A model generated the notes under the pieces. That model saw only the letters and a list, made by a program, of their open reading frames with translations, ran no database searches and was not told where the DNA came from. DNA of 64,000 nucleotides from Octopus sinensis (taxonomy: Eukaryota), in assembly GCF_006345805.1 (NCBI RefSeq), contig NC_043013.1, forward strand, positions 33,914,001 to 33,978,000, in the 5' to 3' direction. Shown piece after piece: positions 53,993 to 64,000 of this stretch. Position 1 is the first letter of the stretch. Every line of letters begins with the position of its first letter. A program made the position numbers and the translations under genes.

Positions 53993-54046
<54 letters not shown>

Positions 54047-54559
54047 TATATATATATATATACATGTAATCTTCGCAACACGTGTCTGTGCTCAGATTTT
54101 CCTTGCACAGGGGCCACCCAGACTCCAGTTTGCGCCATGAATAGGGATTAATGTTCTCTCTTCACTCTTACCCACTTTCTACCTTCCCCCTCTCCCTTCA
54201 TTGTTACCCCTCCCTCATAACCCCACCACTACACAATCCAGCCCCACCTTCCCTATCCATCCCATCCCTTACACCCACTGCCACATGCCCAACCTCTACC
54301 CCCACCCTTGCTTTCCCCACTCTTGCCTCCCCCACATTCCAACTCCATCACACCACACACCACTACACCATACACCACCATACCACACAACAACCACATC
54401 ACACCACATCAAATCACATCACACCACCACGTACACACTTGCACTGACCACTTCCCAGTTCCACATCCACAAAAACACACATGTCAAGGTTACCAGCCCT
54501 CTTCCACACACACATACATTCTCTCTTATACACATGCACACGCACCTTCATTTTAGGCT

Positions 54560-54815
54560 CACCACTACTTTATTATCTCCCCTTCTTCCTAGCTCTCCTG
54601 TGTGACCCCTCTGTCCGGCATTCCCCATGATAGATTGCTAACCACTACACATTCTTTATTTTCTTTCCTTGTTTCTTTCTGTGTTCCTTTCTGTGGAAGA
54701 GCGTAGGCTTGAAACATTAAAGACTTTTACACTTCCCAAGCGTTAAACTAATACATTTGTTTGTTGTCTACACTACCTGTCTTTATCTTTTGTTTTTTTC
54801 ATGAATTCTTCCCTA
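54560..54815 (+). mobile_element. Penelope-like pseudo-LTR fragment with a degenerate hammerhead (54687-54722)
   Basis: cuuu-CUGUGGAA-gagc gtag gctt-GAAAC-AUU-aaag; element ends in (TA)n. Confidence 0.5.
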
Positions 54816-55037
54816 TATATATGTATATATATATATATAAGTCCTTGAATAACACCTCATAGCTTCATTAAGATGAAGATATAAAGTGTTATCCAGACCC
54901 TCAACAATGAGTCCACTGTACCATATAGTAGAAACACAGAAACAGCTGTAAGGTTATGAATTTCATAAGATAATTGTTTATTCCTTTGTCATCTTATTTT
55001 TTCATATATACATATATATATATGTGGAAAGTGAGAG

Positions 55038-55072
<35 letters not shown>

Positions 55073-55712
55073 AGGTAGTCATTGTTCAGCTTCTACTTTT
55101 TCATTGTGCCAACCAGTTTTCTATATTGCTAAATGTCCTATAAAATGAAATGCTGTGAAATCTAAATGATACCAGCATAGATAAATGGATGTAAATTCAT
55201 GATTATGATGAAGAGTATGATACATATATTTTTCTTATGAGTGGATGCTCTGCACACAAAATAGACCACTATTAATTTGTTCTTGGCTCCTGGACACTAC
55301 TGAATATACTATGAACTGAAAAGGTTTGATAACACTGAAACATGTCCATAATCGATATTCATTACCTACAGCATATTTTCATAATTTTTCCATGTAATTC
55401 TTTTTCTTTAACAGAAATTTTTGCAAGTTCTTTCTTTGCCATTTCTGAAAACAGATTTTTATTAGTGCTGACGACTTTACTTTTCCATGTAGGAATTTAA
55501 GTCCAAGTAATTAAGAATTAATTTCAACTCTGCATCTCTAATCCTGTAGTCTGTACTTGGCTTCTTTTTTTTTCTACAGAAGACACATTTGGAAAGTTTT
55601 CCACTGTCAGCACCTAACTACCTTCTTTGATATACAAATGCGTGTTGTGTGCGTATGCATGTAATATAATAATTATGATACATACACACATATACATGTA
55701 TGTGTGTGTGTT

Positions 55713-55745
<33 letters not shown>

Positions 55746-55989
55746 GTGTGTGTGAGTTTATATATATATATATAAATGCACACACAAACATATATACACA
55801 TATATTTGTGTAGGTGTGTGTGTGTATATAGTTCATTAAAAATAAATTTCAACATAACACATATATTTTTAAAATTAACATTTCAAAAATAAACATTAAT
55901 ATACAATATTAATTTTAAATACTTTAAAATATTGAAATATTGATACAATATTAACATATAGAGGGTGAAGAAGGTGACAGTGGCAATGA

Positions 55990-56335
55990 TGACAACAACG
56001 ACAATGAAGAAGAAGGAGGAGAAGAAGAAGAAGAAGAAGAAGAAGAAGAAGAAGAAGAAGAAGAAGGAAAAGAAGGAGAAGAAGTAGAGGAAGAAGTAGA
56101 GAAAGAAGAAGAAGAAGTAGAGGAAGAAGAAGAGGAAGCAGAAAAGGAGGAAGAAGAAGAGAAAGAAAAAGAGGAGGAGGAGGAAGAAGAAGAAGAGAAG
56201 AAAAGGAGGAAGAAGAAGAGAAAGAAAAAGAAGAAGAGGAGGAGGAGGAGGAAGAAAAAGAGAAAGAAAAAGAAGAGGAGGAGGAGGAAGAAGAAGAAGA
56301 AGAAGAGGAAGCAGAAGAAGAAGAAGAAATACGAT
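55990..56335. repeat. ~345-bp nearly pure purine (GAA/GAG)n tract
   Basis: Direct; perfect (AAG)n run near 56020-56065. Confidence 0.95.
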
Positions 56336-56893
56336 GACTATGATGATGACAATCATGATGATTAAAAGCATAAATAAAGTGTTAATTTTAGTAAAAATTA
56401 ATAACAAAAAAAAAATTATTTTTTCACAAAGTGTCATTTTGAAAATAAACATAAACAAAATAATAATTTTTTTATGAAATTATAAATAGAAATTAAAATT
56501 AAAAATAATAACATGAAATAAATTTTCAAAAATAATATAAGTATATGAGATGGAAAGTTGCAAAGTTGAAGATCAAAGTTCAAAAAGGAGTAGGGGGAAT
56601 GTTGTGTTGGGTTATATGCAAGGGTTAATAGGGTAATATTTTTATTACCTTATTTTTTAATTTATATTATATATATATATTTTTTCTAAACTTATATTTT
56701 CAAGAAGTAAACCAATAATTAACTTAGAAATAAAACATCTAATAAAAACACACAATAATGAATGAATTTTGAAAAAAAAAAAACAAAACAAAAATGTGCA
56801 AAAAATTAATGAATAAAACAAATACATACATCTATACATAAACATACATACATATATATATATATATGTAGATATAGATATAGATAGATAGAT

Positions 56894-56930
<37 letters not shown>

Positions 56931-56939
56931 CAGGGAAAG

Positions 56940-56981
<42 letters not shown>

Positions 56982-57338
56982 TAGTCACCATTTATTAGAA
57001 ATTAAGTACATTATATACAAAGTAGGAAGATGCTGAAGGAGGAGGGGTCAGGAGGAAGAAGAGGAGGAGGAAAAAAACTGGAAACAGTTGGTCACCACAT
57101 TTTTAGAAACAGAGTAAACATCATATTGTTGGCTGTTGCTGTTGTTGTTATTTAATCTCGGTGAACCCTGATCAACTAGATGCATTCTTAAAAGTATGCC
57201 AGGAATGACATGATTCATTTATTGTATATGCTTATCAACAAGGTACCTAGGGTACTGTTTTCCAGCATGTCCCTTTCTTTTTTTTTTCTCTAAGAGCATT
57301 TGTTTTGATTTGAGGGAGATTTTGGTGATATTCCTAAC

Positions 57339-57542
57339 AGGCGTAGGAGTGGCGGTGCGATAAGTAGCTTGCTTACCAGCCACATGGTTCCGAGTTCAGT
57401 CCCACGGCATGGCACCTTGGGCGTGTGTCTTCTACTATAACCTCGAGCCAACCAAAGCCTTGTGAGTGGATTTTGTAGACTGAAGCTGAAAGAAGCCCAT
57501 CATATATATGTATGTATATATATATATATATATATAATATAT

Positions 57543-57585
<43 letters not shown>

Positions 57586-57794
57586 GTGTTTGTGTGTCTG
57601 TGTTTGTCTCCACAACATCGCTTGACAACTGTGTGTTTACATCCCCGTAACTTAGCAGTTCAGCTAAAGAGACTGATAGAATAAATACTAGGCTTACAAA
57701 GAATAAGTTCTGGGGTTGATTTTGCTCGACTAAAGGCGGTGCTCTAGCATGGCCGCAGTCAAATGACTGAAACAAGTAAAAGAGAGTAAAAGAG
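57339..57794 (+). mobile_element. SINE family A, full length
   Basis: aggcgtaggagtggc head through gtaaaagagagtaaaagag tail. Confidence 0.92.
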
Positions 57795-58135
57795 AAAGAC
57801 ACATTGGAAAATACAGTTCTAGAATTTTGAAAAAAAAATGGAATTCTCAGAGATGAAATAATATAAACCATGGGTGAGAAGGATTTTCAATGAATGGGAT
57901 AGCTTCATAATACTGACAAAAAGTAACAGTGATATTACCCGACTAATTGGATAAAAGAGAACAGCATGCCAGTTCATGGCGCAGGTTTGCATAAGTTATG
58001 CAAAACATCAGGAATGTCATGGCTGGTATATGTTTGGTTAAATGTCTTCTTGACTTCAGAGCTGACTGAGAGCTAAGAACAAAATCCTCATCACCATCAT
58101 CATCATCTTCAGTAGCATTATATTTACATCAATCT

Positions 58136-58520
58136 GGAGGTGCAATGGCCCAGTGGTTAGGGCAGCGGACTCGTGGTCATAGGATCGCGGTTTCGATTCC
58201 CAGACCAGGCTTCGTGAGTGTTTATTGAGCGAAAACACCTAAAAGCTCCACGAGGCTCCGGCAGGGGATGGTGGTGATCCCTGCTGTACTCTTTCACCAC
58301 AACTTTCTCTCACTCTTACTTCCTGTTTCTGTTGTACCTGTATTTCAAGGGGCCGGCCATGTCACTCTCTGTGTCATGCTGAATATCCCTGAGAACTACG
58401 TTAAGGGTGCACGTGTCTGTGAAGTGCTCAGCCAGTTACACCTTAATTTCATGAGCAGGCTGTTCCGTTGATTCGGATCAACCGGAACCCTCATCGTCAT
58501 AACCAACGGAGTGCTTCCAA
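58136..58520 (+). mobile_element. tRNA-derived SINE (family F) with intact Pol III A and B boxes
   Basis: A box TGGCCCAGTGG (58146-58156), B box GGTTTCGATTCC (58189-58200); body is not tRNA-like; tail runs into (CAA)/(CAC). Confidence 0.8.
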
Positions 58521-58679
58521 CAACATCAATCCCCCCCACCACCACCACCTACATTATCGTCATCATCATCATCATCATAGATATAATCATAATCAATGCT
58601 AGCTCAAAAATAACCATGACCACCACCAACAATAACAATATAACATCCCCCCACAAGAACCTGATGATCATGCAGCCTC

Positions 58680-58972
58680 TTTTACTTGTTTCAGTCAAAC
58701 CACTAAGTTACGGGGATGTAAACACCACCATCAGTTGTCAAGCAATGTTGGGGGGACAAACACAGACACACAAACATTGATACAAACATACATATATATA
58801 TACATATATACATATATACGACAGGCTTCTTTCAGTTTCTGTCTACCAAATCCATTCACAAGGTTTTGGTTGGCCCGAGGTTATAGTAAAAGACACTTGC
58901 CCAAGGTGCCACACAGTGCGAATGAACCTGGAACAATGTGGTTGGTAAACAAGCTACTTATCACATAGACAC
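58680..58972 (-). mobile_element. SINE family A with deletion in the right arm
   Basis: Both arms and (TA)n centre. Confidence 0.85.
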
Positions 58973-59649
58973 TCTTGTTCCCAGAAGATTTAAGATTTTT
59001 AGGTTTGTGAGGTATTTTGCTGCAGTGTTTGGGAGATTTCTATACTAGAAATACCAGTAAAACTTCTCCAAAATTTCATCCAATCATCTTTAAAAAGACC
59101 TCCACACGGCTCAGTATTTGTTGTTTTGGGGTGGTTTCTGTGCCTCAATGTCTCCAAGAGTTATGCCAGCAAAGTGAAAGCTCCAGGTACAGACTTCTAT
59201 CCAGGACAGGTCAAAAGACAGAGCCCAGACTAATATGAATCACCTCTTGCCAGATGTGAAAGTGGGTCTGAAGAGAGCCAACACTCCTGTCTAGGAAAAA
59301 GCAAAGATACAGGAGCATTCATGGCAATTCAAATCCAACAAGACCTAGGAAACACATACAGCAAAATCATGAAAGAGGAATTGGCCACAACTTCAGGAAA
59401 CCAGCATCCTGCATTGCACATCAAGAAAAACAGAACAGAAAGTAGGAATACCCTAAAATTAGCTTGACCTGTGATATTAAGGCTGAGCTGAAAAAGCAAA
59501 CTAGATAGATTCAGTCAGAGTCAAGAGCAGCAGAGAAATGTTGCCAATAACCTATACTCCACATGGAGCAAAGGGCTTAATGAATGAATGAATGAACCTA
59601 AATCTATAAGATATATCAGAAAATATGATCCTTAGTTAATATGATCCTT

Positions 59650-60090
59650 TCTACTGGAAGCATAAGGCCTCAGATTTGGTGGAATGGATTAAGTCGATTA
59701 CATCAACTGCAGTACATAAGTGGTACTTGTTTAATCAACCCTGAAAAGATGAAAGACAAAGTCGACCCTGGTGGAATTTGAACTCAGAATGTATCGGCAG
59801 ATGAAATACTGCTAAGCATTTTTCCAGTCATGCTAATGATTCTGCCAGCTTGCCACCTTATCCTTAGTTAATATAATACTATTTAATATTAAGATGGTGA
59901 ACTGGCAGAATCATTAGCTTGCTGGGCAAAATGCTTAGTGATATTTTCTCCATCTTTATGTTCTGAGTTCAAGTTCTTCCATGGTCAACTTTGCCTTCAT
60001 CCTTTTATGATCGATAAAGCAAGCGTCAGTTGAGTACTGGAGTTGATCTATTCAGCTATGCCCCTTCTCCAAAATTTGCCAAAATTTGAA
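59650..60090. mobile_element. Head-to-head inverted pair of SINE family B (59650-59860 minus; 59889-60090 plus)
   Basis: ...ttctgccagcttgccacctta, ~30-nt spacer, taagatggtgaactggcagaa... Confidence 0.85.
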
Positions 60091-60580
60091 AATAAAATTT
60101 AATATTATGATAACTCAGACAGGTCAGAGCTGGAATGCTCTGATCATAGGTCTCCTAGGGCTAAATAACATCACCAACAACAACAACATGATTGTGTTCA
60201 TTAGGTCACTAAAATGTCCCTTTGTTGATATGAGTATAATGATAACGACTATGGAGATAACGATAACGGTTATGCTGATAATGATGTTGATGATAGTCGT
60301 TGTGAGAAGGCAGGTAATGACATTATTGATCATAATGATTATATTAATGGTGCTGATAATGGTTGTATTGTGGCCATTGAATTAGTGCTTGTGATGGTTT
60401 AAGGTAGGGATCCAGATGATCAAGATCATTATGATGAATATGATGCTTTGTGAATCCTTTGATGATAGTCGGATAGTAGTTGCTGTGACAATGATAATAA
60501 TGAGACATTATCATAATAATGATGATGATGATGATGTTATATATATAAATATATACATATATATGTATGTATGTATGTAA

Positions 60581-60611
<31 letters not shown>

Positions 60612-61208
60612 TACACATACACACATATATGTGTATATGTACATATGTATATGGATATATATTCTATGGATGGATGGATAATGATAATTATTGTGATGCT
60701 GGTGATGCTGCTAATTGTTAGAGTCGTTGCCAACATGATTAGAAAATTTAATTGGGGTTTTTAAGTGTCATCTATGTGGGCTTTATGTAAATTTATGAGT
60801 ACATACAAGAACGTGCATATACATATACATGCATATGTACACACATACATGCATACATACATACATACATACATACATGCATACATACATACATACATAC
60901 ATACATACAGAGATGTCTACAAGTGTGCATGCGTACGTGAACGTGTGTTTATTATTAAGTATGAAGCAGGAACAGGAGAAGTAGGAGGACAAGTTAGAAG
61001 TAGCAGGTGTAGGAGAAGGTGGAGGCAAGGAGAAGGTGTAGCAGGAGTGAAGAGGAGGGTGAAGGGAGGAGTTGAAAAAAGTCAGCATGCATTGCTCAGG
61101 TCAAGAACACGAGTGTTTCTTTTTTATATTTTCAAAAATTTCTGTCAATTTAGATCTCATGAGAATGAGTGTTCTAGCTTCCATTTTCTTCTTCTTTCCA
61201 CCATCATC

Positions 61209-61261
<53 letters not shown>

Positions 61262-61739
61262 TATCCAACATAGTTTGTTGTGGTGAAGGGGGAGATATTA
61301 TCACTGCAGTATAAAGACAACACTTAATTGAAATTAATTTCAGCCATCCTTCCAACCCCACCGTTCAATGAAACAAGAAACAACTAAAGGAATAAGACAA
61401 GAATAAAATCTGAAAAAAATTGCTCTAATTACAACTTAATCAGGCTATGAAAATTGCTAATTACACAGTTTAAGCAAATATTTGCAATGGTAATCATGTA
61501 TTTCTTGCCAAGGAAATTCAAAATTTGTACTTTATATTTTTGTTTTAACATCATTATTATTAATTTTTTTCAGTGCAGCAATGTTTCTTTCTCTCTTTCC
61601 TTATTCTTTTTCTTTTTTGTTTCCTTTCGCTTTAATTTATTCAATTATTTACTTATTTAATTATCAATATTATTATCATTATCATCATAAAATGTTATTA
61701 GTATTATTATTAAATAAAAATATTTGTAAACAATATCTT

Positions 61740-61787
61740 TTTAACATTTTATTATTATTATTCTTATTACAGTTATGATTATTATCA

Positions 61788-61853
<66 letters not shown>

Positions 61854-61938
61854 CATCATCATTATTATCATCATCATCATTATTATTATTATCATCATCA
61901 TCATCATTATCATCCTCTTCATCATCATTATTATTCAT
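61740..61938. repeat. (ATT)n/(ATC)n trinucleotide array
   Basis: Direct. Confidence 0.95.
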
Positions 61939-62534
61939 AAATTAAAATCTAAAGAAAAATTATCACGGATATTAACAAAAATATATAAATAAATGATAAT
62001 TTCTTTAAAAAAAAGGAATTAATTATTTTTGTTGTTATTGTTTCTTATTTGTTATTATATTCATAGACTTAAAATATTGCTAATATATTCACTACTTAAT
62101 ATTCGTAATATATTCTTGTATTTGTATTTCAAGATAACAAAATAAGTTCAATATTTATTGAAAACAACAAAAAAACAAAATTCTTGTAAAAATATATACT
62201 GTATACACTTGATTTATTGGTTGTGTAAAATAAAAAAGTAAAAATTGTTATATAGACAAATTGAACAACCTATGATGAAAATATAAGATTATGTGGTAGT
62301 CATTCATTTCTCAAAATTTAAATGCTGGAATTCAAAGAGATTATAATGGTAAATCAAATATATATTTTGAATTAATTAAGTGCTAATATTTTTATCATTA
62401 ATATCATAGAGATAACTAATTTGAGATTGAAAAGTGAAAGAGTAGATTTGTTTCTCTTTTATTCCTCAAATTACTCCTTATAATGTCTAAAATATATATT
62501 TTCTTGTCATGAAAATAAAGTTATATAGGTATCA

Positions 62535-62716
62535 GATGTTGTGGAGTGGATTAGCAAACACATTAGAGCATCTAACAAAATGGCTTGTGGTATTACTTTG
62601 AGTTTTTTAGAATATGAGTTCAAATCCTGCTAAGGCTGGTAAAGAAAGTACCACTTGAGAGGTACTGACTTAACCTTTCTTTTCAAAAATTGGCCTTGTG
62701 CCAAAATTTGAAACTA
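62535..62716 (+). mobile_element. SINE family B, diverged and deleted
   Basis: gagttcaaatcc B box; tail ggccttgtgccaaaatttgaaac. Confidence 0.75.
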
Positions 62717-62734
62717 ATGTTATCATTATCAAGG

Positions 62735-63137
62735 GAGAGAGAGCAGTGCATGCCATCAATGTGATACTGAGATAAAATATACGAAGCCCAATATATCCGT
62801 CATGACTACCAATCTGATAAAGGTACACCAGGTACATGCATCACAACCATATGTGCATGATATGGTGATCTCATATCAAGATAAAAAGTGCATGACCTTG
62901 CAAGAGGGGCTCAGACAGAATTTTCTTCATGTCGGGTGGCCCATCCTGCTCAAAAGGTCCTTGAAGAAGGGTTGTTTAAGGATATTGAACAAAGCATCCA
63001 AGCTGGCAGAGGTGAATTATTCAAACTCCAAAAATCTCCTGTCAGCACATGATTATGATGCACCCCCACTTCTTCTGCTTGTGATCAGAGATGTACATAT
63101 CATCAGCCACTAAGGGACATTCTCAACTGGTTAAGGA
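62735..63137 (-). mobile_element. Repeat family D, second copy
   Basis: Colinear with 32524-32930. Confidence 0.8.
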
Positions 63138-63139
63138 CA

Positions 63140-63157
63140 TGCAACCATATATGTATA

Positions 63158-63190
<33 letters not shown>

Positions 63191-63955
63191 GTAAATACAT
63201 GTACATATATATATATATACATATATACGACAGGCTTCTCTCAGTTTCCATCGACCAAATCCACTCACAAGGCATTGGTCGGCCCGGGGCTCTAGCAGAA
63301 GACACTTCCCCAAGTTGCCACGCAGTGGGACTGAACCCGGAACCATGTGGTTGGTTAGCAAGCTACTTACCACACAGCCACTCCTGCGCCTATGTATATA
63401 TGTATATGTATATATATGTATGTGTATATATATGTATATGTGTATATATATATATATATATCATTATCATCATCATCATCATCATCAATATATATATATA
63501 TATACATATATATATTATCTTTTACTTGTTTCAGTCATTAAACTGATTAGACAGCAGCCATGCTGGGGCACTGCTTTGAAGAATTTTCAGTTGAATGAAT
63601 TGACCCCAGTACTTAATTTTGTTAAGCCTAGCACTAATTTTATCGGTCTCTTTTACTGAACCACCAAGTTACAGGGATGTAAACCCACCAACACCAGTTG
63701 TCAAGTGGTGGTTGGGGTACAAACACACACAAAGACACAAAAAATACACACATATACATATATATATATATATGTATATATATATGAATATATATGATGA
63801 GCTTCTTTCAGTTTCTGTCTACCAAATTCACAGGGCCTTGGGCAGCCTGAGGCTGTAGTAGAAAACACTTGTCCAAGTTGTCACATAGTGGGACTGAACC
63901 CAGAACCATGTGGTTGGGAAGCAAACTTCCAACCACACAGCCATGACTGCTCATA
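63140..63955 (-). mobile_element. Two SINE family A copies (left arm 63225-63392; full copy 63520-63955)
   Basis: Family A arms and central (TA)/(CA) repeats. Confidence 0.85.
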
Positions 63956-64000
63956 TTTAAAAAAAATATGGTTAACGTAACCCAGGTTTAAACAGTTACA

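Noticed and set aside
57986-58004. TTTGCATAA-g-TTATGCAAA inverted C/EBP-like site pair
   Set aside because: A 9-bp palindrome is expected by chance in 64 kb of AT-rich DNA.
58136-58210. Possible tRNA gene
   Set aside because: Has A and B boxes but no complete acceptor stem and continues into a SINE body; treated as a SINE head.

Overview
Eukaryotic, AT-rich, repeat-saturated non-coding DNA. The tRNA-SINE families and dense compound microsatellites match my recollection of Octopus genomes (inference, not verified by search). I can support no host protein-coding gene; nearly all ORF-track entries are microsatellite translation artefacts (YI, HT, LSIY, poly-M/I/S). Real coding remnants are all dead transposons: an RTE endonuclease fragment, a CR1/L2-group LINE, a Tx1/L1-type LINE, an R4/Dong-like RLE 3' end sitting in (TAA)n, a HERO/NeSL-like RLE 3' end, a Penelope GIY-YIG fragment, two mariner remnants, a DD41D (rosa) transposase and two pogo/Tigger-type MITEs. 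Several SINE-like families are present in many copies. The most notable signal is a cluster of hammerhead-ribozyme-like motifs in Penelope-type repeats at 46.5-54.7 kb. It includes a 286-bp fold-back carrying two hammerhead folds with a G3:C8 swapped core, and a canonical CUGAUGA/GAAAC hammerhead between 78-bp inverted repeats nested inside a SINE. Two pre-miRNA-sized hairpins and a hairpin-sequestered 14-nt micro-exon candidate lie in unique sequence. All structures were paired by eye; no folding or database search was run. Repeat boundaries are approximate (about 10-20 bp).
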